NCBI GenBank assembly: GCA_963817915.1
Contig: CAWFQL010000017.1
Coordinates: 32,001-96,000 of the forward strand
Origin: an uncultured candidate division Zixibacteria bacterium
Lineage (GTDB): Bacteria; Zixibacteria; MSB-5A5; UBA10806
Length of the DNA stretch: 64,000 bases
Reading direction: 5' to 3'
The notes beneath the pieces are model-generated. The model was not told the DNA's origin. It made no database searches and saw nothing but the letters and a program-made list of their open reading frames with translations. Shown here piece by piece: positions 10,311-22,623 of this stretch. The number at the start of each line of letters is the position of its first letter. Position 1 is the stretch's first letter. The translations under genes and the position numbers were made by a program.

Positions 10311-10959
10311 GTGACACAAATCTTTCCTGAATGGACAAATAACTTACCTAAAATCGTAATATTCGGCATTATCTTAATTGCATTCGCGATCGTAGGCTTC
10401 TTTTGGTATTTCGGATCTCCCAAATATACCGATGTCGGCTACCGTCCCTTACAGCCAGTCGCCTATAGTCATAAATTGCATCCCGGCGATTTGGGGATTG
10501 ACTGCCGCTATTGCCATTACGACGTAGAATATTCCGCGGTAGCCAATATCCCGCCTACCCAGGTCTGCATGAATTGCCATAAAATAATCGGCACCGACAA
10601 TACCAAGCTCCTGCCCGTCCGCGAAAGCTTTTCATCGGGCATACCTATCAAATGGGTCCGTGTCCACAAATTACCCGATTATGTCTATTTCAATCACAGT
10701 ATTCATTTATACGCAGGCGTCGGATGTTCGACTTGCCACGGCAATGTTGCTCAGATGGATGTTGTCCAGCAGATGGAGCCGTTAAGCATGTCCTGGTGTC
10801 TGGATTGTCATCGAAATCCGGATATGTTTCTGCGTCCCCATGATCAAATCACGAATATGGATTGGACACCGCCGGAAAATCAGCTCGAATTGGCAGCGAC
10901 ATTGAAAGAAAGATAAAAACATTACTCCACCCGTGGATTGCTCGGGATGTCATAGATGA
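10311..10959 (+). CDS. actA: Alternative complex III pentaheme cytochrome c ActA (frameshift near 10910)
   Basis: GTG start (TQIFPEWTN); CRYCH, CMNCH, CSTCH, CLDCH, and a fifth CSGCH in the shifted frame (NITPPVDCSGCHR*) whose TGA overlaps the actB ATG. Confidence 0.88.
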
Positions 10960-13931
10960 AAAACGATTCCAAAAAATCAGGCAAAAAATACTGGCAAAGC
11001 CTCGAGGAATTGACCTCGAAGCAAGATTCTGCGGAATCTGTTCCAGAAGAATCCAGCTCGCCTTTGCTTGATTTCGATGACGGCCTTTCTCGTCGGAAAT
11101 TTCTGACCCTGATGAGCGCCTCCCTCGCGTTCGGAGGCCTGGCCGGATGCAGACGACCGGTCGAAAAAATAATACCGTATGTTATCGCTCCCGAAGAAAT
11201 CATCCCCGGCGTGGCACAGCATTATGCTACTTCAATGCCATTTGGGCTCAACGCCTATGGCCTGATTGTCGAAAGCCATGAAGGTCATCCCACCAAGATT
11301 GAGGGAAACAAAGATCATCCGACTACATTGGGTATGTCCAATCACCTCATTCAGGCGTCGATTTTGGGTCTATATGACCCTGACCGCTCGAAAGCTGTTA
11401 CTCAAAAAGGCGCCGAGTCCGATTGGGCTGATTTTGTCGCATTCTGGCAATCACCGCTCCCCAAGTTTGTCGAAACAGGCGGCGAAGGACTTGCGATATT
11501 GTCCGAATCATTTTCATCGCCTACATTGGCCAGGCTGAAAGCTGAATACATAAAGGCATTTCCTAAAGCCCATTGGGCGACATACGAACCGGTTAGCGAC
11601 GAAAATATTTACGAAGGCGTCAAAGCCGCTACCGGGAATTATTATCATCAAACATATGCCTTCGAAAAAGCCAAGACCATACTTTCGCTCGATTCCGATT
11701 TCATCTTCTCGGAAAGTAATAGCATAGTCAACGCCAGAGGCTTTACCGATGGCAGGCGGGTGAAATCCGAAAATGATTCAATGAATAGGTTATATGTTGT
11801 CGAGAGCATATTCTCTCTGACCGGTTCGATGGCAGATCACAGGCTGAGACTTCAAAGCGGGCAGATCGGCGCCTTCACTGCCGCGTTGGCATTGGAGCTT
11901 ATCTCACAGGGACTTGATATCCCTCTTTCGGACAATTTGATATCTTATCAAAATCACACCTTCGATAAGAAATGGATTAGCGCTGTCGCCAAAGAACTGA
12001 TTCAGAATAAGGGCCAATCGATTATAATTGCGGGTAGACGGCAGCCGGCCGAAGTCCACGCGCTTGTATATGCGATCAACGAGGCTCTTGGCAATATAGG
12101 CAAGACAGTTTTGCTATACGAACCACTGGATTCCTCGCTTCCCAATCGATCAGAATTAGCTGATCTCGTAAAAAATATTACAGACGGTAAAATATCGACT
12201 CTGATAATTCTCGGAGGCAATCCGAGTTATAATTCACCCTCAGATATAGATTTTTCGTCACTGCTTAAAAAGATCGATCATACAATTCAAATAAGCCCTT
12301 ATGACGATGAAACATCAAGCTTAGTTGAATGGCATCTGCCCGAATCTCATTATCTCGAATCATGGGGCGATGTCCGCGCAATCGATGGTACAATGAGCGT
12401 AGTACAGCCGCTGATTCAGCCATTATTTGGCGGGCACAGCAAATTCGAGGCTCTAAATTTGATTGTTACCGGTAGGGATTTGAATGGCCACGAAATAGTC
12501 CGTCAGAACTGGATGAGCATCATAAAAGAAAAAGATTTTGAAACGGAATGGCGACAAATACTTCATGACGGCCTGCTAAAAAATAGCCAAACTCAATCGG
12601 TAATTCCGATTGAAGATAATCAATTGTTCACTTATTTGGCCAATCATAGACTATCGCCTTCAATTGAAAAAACTCAAAATCTCGAAATCGTATTTTGCGC
12701 CTCGCCTAATATCTTCGATGGCCGTTACTCCAACAACGGCTGGTTGCAGGAATTGCCCGATCCGATTACAAAATTAACTTGGGATAACCCGATTCTGCTC
12801 AGCCCCAAAACTGCCGAAAATCTTAGCCTGCAAAATCAGGACATGACGAATCTACAATATAAAAACCAGAGCCTCGAAATGCCTGTCTGGATTGTCCCCG
12901 GAATCGCCGATAATTCGGCTGTAGTCTATCTTGGCTACAGCAGAAAATCATCCGGCCGGGTAGGCAATGATGTCGGCTTCGATACCTATCGTTTACGTAA
13001 TTCATCCGCGCCCGATTTCGATAGCGGATTGACCATTAAAAAAACAGGATCAACCTATTTATTGGCATCCGCGCAAAATCATGATTCGATGGAAGGCCGT
13101 CCGATAATTCGCGAGGCCACATTGGATTATTATCGCGATAATCCTAATTTCGCGCCCGAAATGGTCGAGACCCCGCCATTGCAATCATTGTGGAAAGAAC
13201 ATGAATATAAAGAAGGGTATCAATGGGGCATGGCTATCGATCTTAATATCTGCATTGGTTGCAACGCCTGCACCACCGCCTGCCAGAGCGAAAATAATAT
13301 CCCGATTGTCGGCAAAGAGCAAATATCGCGCAATAGAAAAATGCACTGGATCAGAATCGACCGATATTTCTCCGGCGATCCCGAAAGTCCCGAAATGCTT
13401 CATCAACCCGTTCCGTGTCAGCATTGCGAAAATGCTCCCTGCGAAGAGGTCTGCCCGGTTGCGGCGACTACTCATGACAAAGAAGGTCTGAATGTCATGG
13501 TGTATAATCGCTGTGTCGGCACTCGTTATTGCTCGAACAATTGCCCGTATAAAGTTAGACGTTTTAATTTCTTCAATTTCACCAAGTCGATGCCCGAAAT
13601 CGAAAAGATGGCGCAGAATCCCGATGTCACAGTCCGTTCGCGCGGGATTATGGAAAAATGCACTTATTGTATTCAAAGAATAAGCCGGGCCAAGATTGAC
13701 GCCAAAAAGGAAGAACGAGTAATTGCTGATGGCGAAATAGTTACCGCCTGCCAACAGGCCTGCCCGACACAGGCGATAATATTCGGCAATATCAATGATC
13801 CCGCAAGTGGCGTTCTCGCGCTGAAAAAGCAAAATCGAAATTATGGAATGCTAGAGGAATTCAATACGCGGCCGCGAACATCATACCTTGCAAAATTGCG
13901 CAATCCCAATCCGGAGTTGGAGAAAAGCTAA
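10956..13931 (+). CDS. actB: Alternative complex III subunit ActB (molybdopterin-oxidoreductase-like domain plus Fe-S domain)
   Basis: KYWQSLEEL, Tat/lipoprotein signal LSRRKFL..LAGC, CIGCNACTTAC, CQHCENAPCEEVCP, CVGTRYCSNNCP, MEKCTYC, CQQACP. Confidence 0.93.
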   Translation: MKNDSKKSGKKYWQSLEELTSKQDSAESVPEESSSPLLDFDDGLSRRKFLTLMSASLAFGGLAGCRRPVEKIIPYVIAPEEIIPGVAQHYATSMPFGLNAYGLIVESHEGHPTKIEGNKDHPTTLGMSNHLIQASILGLYDPDRSKAVTQKGAESDWADFVAFWQSPLPKFVETGGEGLAILSESFSSPTLARLKAEYIKAFPKAHWATYEPVSDENIYEGVKAATGNYYHQTYAFEKAKTILSLDSDFIFSESNSIVNARGFTDGRRVKSENDSMNRLYVVESIFSLTGSMADHRLRLQSGQIGAFTAALALELISQGLDIPLSDNLISYQNHTFDKKWISAVAKELIQNKGQSIIIAGRRQPAEVHALVYAINEALGNIGKTVLLYEPLDSSLPNRSELADLVKNITDGKISTLIILGGNPSYNSPSDIDFSSLLKKIDHTIQISPYDDETSSLVEWHLPESHYLESWGDVRAIDGTMSVVQPLIQPLFGGHSKFEALNLIVTGRDLNGHEIVRQNWMSIIKEKDFETEWRQILHDGLLKNSQTQSVIPIEDNQLFTYLANHRLSPSIEKTQNLEIVFCASPNIFDGRYSNNGWLQELPDPITKLTWDNPILLSPKTAENLSLQNQDMTNLQYKNQSLEMPVWIVPGIADNSAVVYLGYSRKSSGRVGNDVGFDTYRLRNSSAPDFDSGLTIKKTGSTYLLASAQNHDSMEGRPIIREATLDYYRDNPNFAPEMVETPPLQSLWKEHEYKEGYQWGMAIDLNICIGCNACTTACQSENNIPIVGKEQISRNRKMHWIRIDRYFSGDPESPEMLHQPVPCQHCENAPCEEVCPVAATTHDKEGLNVMVYNRCVGTRYCSNNCPYKVRRFNFFNFTKSMPEIEKMAQNPDVTVRSRGIMEKCTYCIQRISRAKIDAKKEERVIADGEIVTACQQACPTQAIIFGNINDPASGVLALKKQNRNYGMLEEFNTRPRTSYLAKLRNPNPELEKS

Positions 13932-13951
13932 TGAGGATTTGATTTAAAGTC

Positions 13952-15346
13952 ATGACAGATCCCAAAGAAAAATCTCTGGTCTTCGAACCGCCTCTTGTCG
14001 ATGGCAACCCGTCATTCGCCGCTATTACGGAGAAGATCAGTCGAATCACCGAAGGCAAGCCTCCATCAGGATGGTTGATCGCCTTTGGCTTTGCGGTATC
14101 GTTGGCGCTGATGTTTCTCGGCGTTATTGCGTATCTGATTTCCAAAGGCATAGGAATATGGGGTCTTCAAATCCCCGTGGCCTGGGGCTGGGATATCACT
14201 AATTTCGTATTTTGGGTCGGTATAGGACATGCCGGGACATTGATATCGGCAATTCTCTTTTTGCTCCGCCAGCGCTGGCGCACTTCGATAAATCGTTTTT
14301 CCGAGGCCATGACATTATTCGCGATTATCTGCGCTTTGATCTTTCCTACAGTGCATGTCGGGCGAATATGGGTCATATATTTCTTCGCGCCTGTGCCCAA
14401 TCAAATGGGAATGTGGCCTAATTTCCGAAGCCCCCTGCTCTGGGACTTTTTTGCGGTCGGCACCTATTTTACCTGCTCGTTGCTATTCTGGTATGTCGGT
14501 CTGATTCCTGATCTGGCAACATTTCGTGATAGAGCAAAAAGCAGAATCAAAAAAATCATCTTCGGTATTCTGGCTATCGGCTGGCGCAATGGTAATCGTC
14601 AATGGAAACATTACGAACTTGCCTATCTGATTCTGGCCGGCATTTCCACGCCGTTGGTTTTGTCGGTTCATAGTATTGTCAGCACCGATTTTGCGGTCAG
14701 CATCTTGCCCGGCTGGCATTCGACTATCTTCCCGCCATATTTTGTCGCCGGAGCGATTTTTTCCGGATTCGCGATGGTCGTGACTCTCTCTATCCTCGCC
14801 AGAAAAGTATTCGGTTTGGAAGATTTAATTACAATTCGTCATTTTGATAAAATGAATAAAATAATATTGGTCACCGGCTCCATGGTGGCCTACTCCTACG
14901 CCACAGAAATATTTATCGCCTGGTATAGCGGCAATCTATATGAACGATACATGACTATGAATCGTATGGTCGGCCCTTATGCCTGGGCATTCTGGACTAT
15001 GATAACCTGCAATGTAGTTGTCCCTCAATTTTTCTGGTTCAAAAAATTCCGCACCAGCATTCCGGCCATGCTGATTATCTGCATTTTAGTCAATGTTGGC
15101 ATGTGGTTCGAACGATTCGTGATCATTGTCACTTCTCTTTCACGCGATTTCATTCCCTCGAGCTGGGCCTATTTTACGCCCACCATTTTCGATATCGCCA
15201 TGCTCGTGGGATCATTTGGACTTTTCTTTTCGCTATTTTTGCTTTTCGTGCGATACCTGCCGTTGATAGCCATGTCCGAGGTCAAGGGCGTCCTGCCTCA
15301 AGCCAATCCTCATATCAGTCATCATGAAAAGGTTTCTAATGGCTAA
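13952..15346 (+). CDS. actC: Alternative complex III quinol-binding subunit ActC (NrfD/PsrC family)
   Basis: [53 protein letters not shown]. Confidence 0.93.
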   Translation: MTDPKEKSLVFEPPLVDGNPSFAAITEKISRITEGKPPSGWLIAFGFAVSLALMFLGVIAYLISKGIGIWGLQIPVAWGWDITNFVFWVGIGHAGTLISAILFLLRQRWRTSINRFSEAMTLFAIICALIFPTVHVGRIWVIYFFAPVPNQMGMWPNFRSPLLWDFFAVGTYFTCSLLFWYVGLIPDLATFRDRAKSRIKKIIFGILAIGWRNGNRQWKHYELAYLILAGISTPLVLSVHSIVSTDFAVSILPGWHSTIFPPYFVAGAIFSGFAMVVTLSILARKVFGLEDLITIRHFDKMNKIILVTGSMVAYSYATEIFIAWYSGNLYERYMTMNRMVGPYAWAFWTMITCNVVVPQFFWFKKFRTSIPAMLIICILVNVGMWFERFVIIVTSLSRDFIPSSWAYFTPTIFDIAMLVGSFGLFFSLFLLFVRYLPLIAMSEVKGVLPQANPHISHHEKVSNG

Positions 15347-15880
15347 AAAAAGAATAAAAGAGATTATACTGCTGGCCGAATTCGATACCCCCGCGTCCTT
15401 AATGCAGGCGGCTGAGAAGACGCGTGATGCTGGATACAAAAAATTCGATTGCCATTCGCCGTTCCCGATTCATGGTATGGATGATGCCATGGGAGTCAAA
15501 CGATCGCCGCTTGGATACATTGTCGGTATATTCGCGTTCATTGGGCTTTCTGGCGGCATTCTCCTGCAATGGTGGACAAGCACAGTGGATTATCCTCTCG
15601 TGATCTCCGGCAAGCCGTTTTTCAGCTATCAGGCGTACCTGCCGGTAACATTCGCCTTCGCTGTGCTTTTTTCGGCGATTGCTTCGTTCTATGCATGATG
15701 GCATTAAATAAGCTTCCCCGTTATAATCATCCTCTCTTTAATTCGGAACGTTTCAAAAAAGCGACCGACGATCGGTTCTTCATAAGTATCGAGGCCGACT
15801 CTGCTAATTTTGACATCAATAAGGCCATGTCATTCATGGAATCAATCGGTGGAAAAAATATCGAGGTGCTGGAGGGATGA
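15339..15880 (+). CDS. actD: Alternative complex III subunit ActD (DUF3341), frameshift near 15690
   Basis: [27 protein letters not shown]; continues in ORF 15569..15880 as LPRYNHPLF...DDRFFISI. Confidence 0.85.
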
Positions 15881-16500
15881 TGGTTAAGGGTTATAGATTC
15901 ATTATTCTACCTGCGGTTTCTTCGATTGTTATTTTGATATCAAGCTGCTACCGTGGACGGCCCTCCGAAGACCCGCCGATTCATCCAAATCAGGATATGA
16001 TGTACCAGCCAAAATATATGCCGCAATCCCAAAGCAATTTCTTCGCGGATAGCGCCACTATGCGGCCATCGGTGCCGGGTACAGTTGCCAGGGAAGAGCT
16101 TCGAGCCGATGATGCCTATTATCGCGGAATGAATAAAGACAGCAGTTTTGTCAAAATTTCCCCGGTGCCCGTAACTTTATTGGTTCTGAAAAGGGGACAG
16201 GAACGATACAATATATACTGCTCTGTTTGTCATGGACGAGTCGGCGATGGCAAAGGGATAATGGTCGATCGCGGATATATACCTCCGCCAAGCTATCATA
16301 CCGATCGTTTAAGGAATATGCCCGATGGCCAGATATTCGATGATATCTCCAACGGTGTCCGCAATATGCCCGCCTATCGCAATCAGATTCCGGTTTCAGA
16401 TCGCTGGGCAATAGTCGCCTATCTGAGGGCCCTGCAGAGAAGCCAGAACGCGGGTGAAAATGATGTCCCCCTGGAGCAAAGGCAGCAGCTAAGGCAGTAA
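15877..16500 (+). CDS. actE: Alternative complex III monoheme cytochrome c lipoprotein ActE
   Basis: Lipobox LISSC, DMMYQPKY, CSVCH, MPAY, DRWAIVAY. Confidence 0.9.
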   Translation: MMVKGYRFIILPAVSSIVILISSCYRGRPSEDPPIHPNQDMMYQPKYMPQSQSNFFADSATMRPSVPGTVAREELRADDAYYRGMNKDSSFVKISPVPVTLLVLKRGQERYNIYCSVCHGRVGDGKGIMVDRGYIPPPSYHTDRLRNMPDGQIFDDISNGVRNMPAYRNQIPVSDRWAIVAYLRALQRSQNAGENDVPLEQRQQLRQ

Positions 16501-16502
16501 TA

Positions 16503-17693
16503 ATGGCGATGAATATAGATAATAAGACATATCGAATAACCGACAGTAGCAGTCTCGAAAAGAAATTTCTGATAGTTGGTATTATCGGTCTTGCTTTGAG
16601 CGCCATCGGGCTATTTACCGACAGCAAACAATTCTACTTTTCATATTTGGTTTCATTCATCTTCTGGCTGACAATCGGCCTCGGCGCTTTATTCCTCGTA
16701 ATGATGCATCACCTTACCAATTCCACTTGGAGCATTGTCTTGCGCCGCATCATGGAAAATGTCACGATGGTTTTACCTTACGGTGCATATATTTTTCTTC
16801 CCGATTATTTTGGGAGTTACGAGCATGTATCATTGGAGCCACGCTGATATAGTCGCGGGAGACAACGTGCTGAAGGCAAAGTCAGGTTACTTCAGTCAAT
16901 TGTTTTTTATTATGCGGACATTATTCTATCTTGAAACCTGGGCGTATTTATCGAAAGCACTTTTCAAGGTCTCAATCAAACAGGATAGCGGTCATGACGA
17001 TTCTCAAATCAAGAGAATGAGAAGAACCAGTGCCATCGGCATGGTGTTATTCGCTTTAACTCTCACCTTCGCTTCATTCGATTGGATCATGTCGCTCGAT
17101 GCTCATTGGTACTCGACCATATTCGGGGTCTATATCTTCTCCGGCGCGACATCTGTCAGTACTGGCATTTCTAATTCTTGCAGGTTATCTATCTCCAAAA
17201 TAATAATATTCTGAAGAATGAAATCACGGTCGAACATTATCACGATCTCGGAAAACTGACTTTCACATTCGTGATATTCTGGACCTATATCGCGTTCTCG
17301 CAGTATTTTCTTATCTGGTACGGCAATATTCCCGAAGAGACAGTCTGGTATCATCAGCGATGGGACAATTCATTCAAGTATCTCAGCCTGTTGCTTGTAT
17401 TCGGCAATTTCGTAATACCATTTGTGGTGATGATCGCTCGCGGCGGCAAACGGAATCTGACTACCTTGAAAATAATGGCCGTCTGGCTTCTTTTCATGCA
17501 TTGGGTCGATATCTTTTGGCTTATTATGCCGGCATTCAAGCAAAACGGCATCCTTATTTCCTGGATGGATTTCACTACCATGATGGGCACCGGCGGGCTG
17601 TTTTTGTGGTTTTTCTGGAGGAAGATGAAATCCAATCCGATTGTCCCTGTGAACGATCCCAGGCTGGACGATTCGATAAAAATAATCAGCTGA
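16503..17693 (+). CDS. actF: Alternative complex III membrane subunit ActF (two frameshifts)
   Basis: Three overlapping ORFs (16503..16847, 16735..17214, 17178..17693) carry successive ActF motifs: W..V.RR..E, DWIMSL..HWYSTIFG, HDLGKL, SQYFLIWYGNIPEE. Confidence 0.85.
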
Positions 17694-17699
17694 GCCCAA

Positions 17700-18053
17700 A
17701 TGATGACTGAAGAGAAAGACAATAAAAAAGCGCTTTACGAAAAAGAAGAACTGAATGTCGCCAGAATTATTGGAATCGGTCTTCTTAGCGTCGTATTGCT
17801 GGCCGCATCCGTCTTTTCTCTCAATGAATTCTTCTTTGCCGAAAAAGAACAGCAGATCAGCGATGTTGTCCTGAAACCCGAATCCACTCCTTTCAGGGAA
17901 ATGCGCGCCCGTGAGGATGAAATCCTGAATTCCTACAAAATTATAGACTCGGATAAAAAAATCTATCAGATTCCCATCGAACAAGCCATGAAGCTGATGG
18001 CCGATGAGGCTTATCAGGCGAAATTGAAATCATCAGAAACCAAAAAACAGTAG
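17700..18053 (+). CDS. Small single-TM ACIII-associated protein (ActG-like)
   Basis: One TM helix and LNSY...QIPIEQAMKL motif; position between actF and SCO. Confidence 0.6.
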   Translation: MMTEEKDNKKALYEKEELNVARIIGIGLLSVVLLAASVFSLNEFFFAEKEQQISDVVLKPESTPFREMRAREDEILNSYKIIDSDKKIYQIPIEQAMKLMADEAYQAKLKSSETKKQ

Positions 18054-18071
18054 GATAATTGATATACACTA

Positions 18072-18962
18072 TTGATTCAGACTCCCTTTAATATGAATAA
18101 TAATAGATTCCAATTCTTTTTTAAATTCCTCCATCCGAGATTTATCGGAATTCACTTCGCAATGCTGATTATTGTATTAAGTTCAACAGCTTTTTCGCAA
18201 GTCGTAAAGGACAGCGACCCTGAGCTGAAAGGTATCGATGTTATCGAACACCTCGGCAAGAAAATCCCGCTCGACCTATATTTCACTAATGATTCCGGCC
18301 AAAGAGTCCAATTGGGTCAGTACTTCAATCATGGTAAACCGGTCATCATGGTTTTGGCCTACTACACATGCCCCATGCTTTGCACTCTGGTTTTGAATAA
18401 CATCGCCCAAGATATTACTCACTTGCCATTCACTCCTGGCAAGGAATACCAAATACTTACACTGAGTATCGATCCCCGCGATACTCCCGATATCGCCTCT
18501 GCCAAGAAGAAAAACCTGCTGAATAGTATCAACAAACCTGAATATGCCGATGGCTGGACATTATTCACCAGCGAAGAAAGCCAGATCAAACCGCTGGCGG
18601 AATCTCTCGGCTTTCAATATTATTTTGACAGCAAAACTTCGCAATACGCCCACCCGACCGTGATTTTCATTCTAATGCCAGATGGCGAAATATCGCGTTA
18701 TCTCTACGGAGTCGATTTCAATCCGCGCGATCTGCGGGTCGCCCTTTTAGAAGCTGCTGATGGCAAAATAGGCACTACCATAGATAGGATTATTCTGTAT
18801 TGCTATCATTATGATCCGCTGGCCAAAGGGTATGTCCTTTTCGCAACAAATATCATGAAGCTCGGCGGTCTGATTACCCTTATAATCTTCGGGATCATCC
18901 TTGGGTTCTATTGGCGAGCCGAAAAAAGAAAAAAATTAATTAAAACAACGGATATGAAATAG
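18072..18962 (+). CDS. SCO1/SenC copper chaperone (ACIII-oxidase-associated type); start may be downstream
   Basis: CPMLC, YAHP, SRYLYG, LYCYHYDP and a C-terminal TM helix. Confidence 0.88.
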   Translation: MIQTPFNMNNNRFQFFFKFLHPRFIGIHFAMLIIVLSSTAFSQVVKDSDPELKGIDVIEHLGKKIPLDLYFTNDSGQRVQLGQYFNHGKPVIMVLAYYTCPMLCTLVLNNIAQDITHLPFTPGKEYQILTLSIDPRDTPDIASAKKKNLLNSINKPEYADGWTLFTSEESQIKPLAESLGFQYYFDSKTSQYAHPTVIFILMPDGEISRYLYGVDFNPRDLRVALLEAADGKIGTTIDRIILYCYHYDPLAKGYVLFATNIMKLGGLITLIIFGIILGFYWRAEKRKKLIKTTDMK

Positions 18963-18975
18963 AGAGAAATTTCTG

Positions 18976-19923
18976 ATGGATACTACCGGCACATTATTCC
19001 TACCGCCCAGCAGCTCGACAATTTCGGGTCATGTCGATGCCCTATTCTATTTCATCTTGTATGTCTCGATTTTTTTCTTTGCCATTGTAGTAGGATTGGC
19101 CATCTATTTCATGATAAAATATCGCAGGAAAGGCGCCGCCGAAGCGACTTCCGGACCAGATCACAGCCTAAAATTGGAAATAATCTGGACTGTAATACCA
19201 ATCATAATTGTCCTGATTATTTTTTTCTGGGGCTTTAAAATCTATCTGGATCAGGTAGTTGTCCCGAAAGACGCAATGGAAATCAAGGTCACCGGCAAGA
19301 AATGGATGTGGGTATTCGATTATCCCAACGGCGTAAACAGCGTCAATGATCTCTATGTCCCGGCCGGTAAGCCCGTGAAGCTCTTGATGTCTTCCACCGA
19401 TGTCATCCACGGTTTCTATGTCCCCGATTTTAGAATTAAGATGGATGTCCTTCCCAATCGCTACAGCATAGTCTGGTTTAACGCTCCGTCGCCCGGACAG
19501 CATCAAATCTTTTGCACGCAATATTGCGGCAAGGGCCATTCTGAGATGTGGGGAACCGTTCACGTCTTGAGCGAACGTGAATATGCCGAATGGCTCGAGC
19601 AATCATCGATGGCCGGAGGCGCAGGTATGAAGCCCGAGGATTTCGGCAAAAATCTCTATCAAACCAAGCGATGTATCACCTGCCATAGTATCGATGGCAC
19701 TGCCAATGTCGGACCCAGTTTCTTGGGGATTTTCGGAAATCCTGTCCCACTCGAAGGCGGAAATAAGGTTATTGTCGATGAAAATTATATAAGAGAATCA
19801 ATCCTCGATCCTCAGGCGAAAATCGCGCTTGGCTATCAGCCTGTAATGCCTACTTATCAGGGAATTCTAAAAGACAAAGACATCGACGGCCTGATTGCAT
19901 ATATTAAATCATTGCATAAATAA
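18976..19923 (+). CDS. ctaC: Cytochrome c oxidase subunit II with fused cytochrome c (caa3 type)
   Basis: DVIHGF, CuA motif CTQYCGKGHSEM, C-terminal CITCH. Confidence 0.94.
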   Translation: MDTTGTLFLPPSSSTISGHVDALFYFILYVSIFFFAIVVGLAIYFMIKYRRKGAAEATSGPDHSLKLEIIWTVIPIIIVLIIFFWGFKIYLDQVVVPKDAMEIKVTGKKWMWVFDYPNGVNSVNDLYVPAGKPVKLLMSSTDVIHGFYVPDFRIKMDVLPNRYSIVWFNAPSPGQHQIFCTQYCGKGHSEMWGTVHVLSEREYAEWLEQSSMAGGAGMKPEDFGKNLYQTKRCITCHSIDGTANVGPSFLGIFGNPVPLEGGNKVIVDENYIRESILDPQAKIALGYQPVMPTYQGILKDKDIDGLIAYIKSLHK

Positions 19924-19926
19924 GAG

Positions 19927-21549
19927 GTGATGATGGAAACGCTGCCGGAACGAAATTATCTGAATCAGACCAAAGGATGGAAATCCTGGCTGCTGACTCT
20001 GGATCATAAACGAATCGCGATTCTATATATGATTTCAGTATCGGCCTCGTTTATTCTCGGCGGGTTGCTGGCTATGTTGATTCGCCTCGAATTGCTTCAC
20101 CCGTTCGGTCAGCATATAATGAAGGCTCAAACCTACAATGAAGTTTTTACGCTTCACGGCGCCGTGATGATCTTCCTCTTTATCATCCCCGGAATTCCAG
20201 CGATCCTCGGCAATTTTCTTCTGCCGTTGATGATTGGCTCAAAGGATGTCGCGTTTCCTCGGCTGAATCTGGCAAGCTGGTATATATATATGGTTGGCGC
20301 ATTGATGGCCATCTACGCCATGTTTTCAGGATCGGTCGATACCGGATGGACATTCTATACGCCCTATAGCACTACCACCGCCGGTGCGGTCATCCCGATG
20401 ACAGTTGCGGTATTCATACTCGGTTTCTCATCGATCTTCACCGGTCTGAATTTCATAGTGACTATCCACAAGCTTCGCGCTCCCGGAATGGCCTGGTTCA
20501 ATTTGCCGTTATTCGTCTGGGGATTATATGCTACTGCCATTATCCAAGTCCTTGCGACACCGGTATTGGGGATAACATTGATACTACTGATTCTCGAACG
20601 ACTGGCATCAATCGGCATATTCGATCCGGCAATGGGGGGAGACCCGGTGCTATTTCAGCATTTCTTCTGGTTCTATTCGCATCCGGCAGTCTATATCATG
20701 ATTCTCCCCGGCATGGGTATTATCAGCGAATTGATCCCGGTATTTTCCCACAAAAAAATATTCGGCTATAAAGCAATCGCCTATTCGAGTTTCGGAATTG
20801 CCTTCATCAGCTTTCTTGTCTGGGGACATCACATGTTCGTGGCCGGACAATCCGAGCTCGCCGATCTGATTTTCTCATTCCTGACATTCATAGTAGCCAT
20901 ACCTTCGGGCATCAAAGTCTTCAACTGGATTTCTACAATGTATAAGGGCTCCATCAGCCTCCAGACTCCAATGCTTTATGCCTTCGCCTTTCTATTTCTT
21001 TTTTCGATTGGTGGATTGACTGGAATGTTTCTCGGCGCGCTGGCTACCGATATTCATCTGCACGATACCTACTTCGTCGTGGCACATTTCCATTATGTGA
21101 TGATGGGTGGGACTGTCATGGCGATGATTGGAGGTATTCATTACTGGTGGCCCAAAATCTGGGGACGAATGTACAGCGAATACTGGGCGAGGATTTCCTG
21201 GGCTCTGGTGTTTGTCGGTTTCAATATTACATTTTTCACTCAATTTATTTTGGGTTCAAAGGGAATGCCGCGCCGGTCATATAATTATCTTCAACAATAT
21301 CACCCGTTGCATGCCTTTTCGTCATTCGGCTCCTGGATACTCGGACTTGGTTTCCTGATAATGTTCATATATCTGATTTATGCGATCTATAAAGGCAAAC
21401 CGGCGGGCAATAATCCCTGGGGCGGAATGACCCTCGAATGGACAACCACATCTCCGCCGCCGACCGAGAATTTCGCTGAAATTCCGACAATCACTCACGG
21501 CCCCTATGATTTCGATGCCGCACCAAATCCAAACAAACGGGAATCATAA
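19927..21549 (+). CDS. ctaD: Cytochrome c oxidase subunit I, A2 type
   Basis: [43 protein letters not shown]. Confidence 0.96.
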   Translation: MMMETLPERNYLNQTKGWKSWLLTLDHKRIAILYMISVSASFILGGLLAMLIRLELLHPFGQHIMKAQTYNEVFTLHGAVMIFLFIIPGIPAILGNFLLPLMIGSKDVAFPRLNLASWYIYMVGALMAIYAMFSGSVDTGWTFYTPYSTTTAGAVIPMTVAVFILGFSSIFTGLNFIVTIHKLRAPGMAWFNLPLFVWGLYATAIIQVLATPVLGITLILLILERLASIGIFDPAMGGDPVLFQHFFWFYSHPAVYIMILPGMGIISELIPVFSHKKIFGYKAIAYSSFGIAFISFLVWGHHMFVAGQSELADLIFSFLTFIVAIPSGIKVFNWISTMYKGSISLQTPMLYAFAFLFLFSIGGLTGMFLGALATDIHLHDTYFVVAHFHYVMMGGTVMAMIGGIHYWWPKIWGRMYSEYWARISWALVFVGFNITFFTQFILGSKGMPRRSYNYLQQYHPLHAFSSFGSWILGLGFLIMFIYLIYAIYKGKPAGNNPWGGMTLEWTTTSPPPTENFAEIPTITHGPYDFDAAPNPNKRES

Positions 21550-22200
21550 TTGACTAACCTTAGCGAAAATCATCCCGATCATCTGGCGCATCATTTCGGC
21601 GATATGCCCCAGCAGCGCGATGCCGCCAAGATGGGTATGTGGATATTTATCGTAACCGAGATTCTGCTTTTCGGCGGTTTGTTTGTCGCCTATGCGATCT
21701 ATCGCGCTTGGAATCCCGATATGTTCTACAATGCCCACAAACAATTGAATCTCACTTTAGGCACAATTAATACCATAGTCCTGATTACAAGCTCACTGAC
21801 AATGGCGCTTGCTATTCGATCCATGCAATTGAATCGAAAAAAACAGACGATTTGGTTTCTGATCACCACTCTATCGTTGGCAGCAGTGTTTTTGGTAATA
21901 AAATACTTTGAATACGAACATAAATTCCATCTGGGGCAGCTGCCAGGCAAATTTTATACATTCACGGGAGTCGCGGGGAATAATCCCCATATCTTCTTCA
22001 CAATATATTTCGCCATGACCGGCCTGCATGCGATTCATATTATCGGCGGCATGTCGGTTATCGGATGGATTCTTAGGCGGACTATTCGCAATGATTTTTC
22101 GGATCAATATTATACGCCGATCGAATTAACCGGTCTGTATTGGCATCTTGTCGATCTTATCTGGATTTATCTATTTCCGCTTTTATATCTGGTAGGTTAA
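21550..22200 (+). CDS. ctaE: Cytochrome c oxidase subunit III
   Basis: GMWIFIVTEILLFGG, NT..LITSS, TGLHAIH, GLYWHLVD. Confidence 0.93.
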   Translation: MTNLSENHPDHLAHHFGDMPQQRDAAKMGMWIFIVTEILLFGGLFVAYAIYRAWNPDMFYNAHKQLNLTLGTINTIVLITSSLTMALAIRSMQLNRKKQTIWFLITTLSLAAVFLVIKYFEYEHKFHLGQLPGKFYTFTGVAGNNPHIFFTIYFAMTGLHAIHIIGGMSVIGWILRRTIRNDFSDQYYTPIELTGLYWHLVDLIWIYLFPLLYLVG

Positions 22201-22204
22201 TGAT

Positions 22205-22588
22205 ATGGAAAATACTGCAAATAAATCTCAAATTCACATAACTCCTCTTAAGACATATATCATTGTCGCCTGCGCCTTATTTGTATTTACAGGAATAACT
22301 GTTGGCGTATCGCTGATACCTCTCGGAGGCTGGAATGCCGTTGTCGCCGTTCTAATTGCGAGTATTAAGGCAACACTCGTCGGCCTTTTCTTTATGCATC
22401 TGCTCTATGATAAGAAAATATACCTGGTAATCGTGATGGTCGCGGTTGTCATATTATTTATATTCCTGACTCTTACCATGTTCGATACGGTGCGCCGCGG
22501 CGATCTCTATCAAATCAAATCCGCCCCCATAGAACAACAATCGAAAATGTATAATAAATCTGTTCAGGACACGGCCAGGCGCTACTGA
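22205..22588 (+). CDS. ctaF: Cytochrome c oxidase subunit IV
   Basis: Three TM helices and KATLVGLFFMHL motif. Confidence 0.88.
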   Translation: MENTANKSQIHITPLKTYIIVACALFVFTGITVGVSLIPLGGWNAVVAVLIASIKATLVGLFFMHLLYDKKIYLVIVMVAVVILFIFLTLTMFDTVRRGDLYQIKSAPIEQQSKMYNKSVQDTARRY

Positions 22589-22623
22589 GCAAAAATAATC
22601 TTAATCATATATAGGGGATTGTA

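Noticed and set aside
10956..13931. ActB as a catalytic molybdoenzyme (nitrate or polysulfide reductase)
   Set aside because: The fused Fe-S domain and actA/C/D/E/F context identify ACIII ActB, whose molybdopterin-like domain is known not to bind the cofactor.
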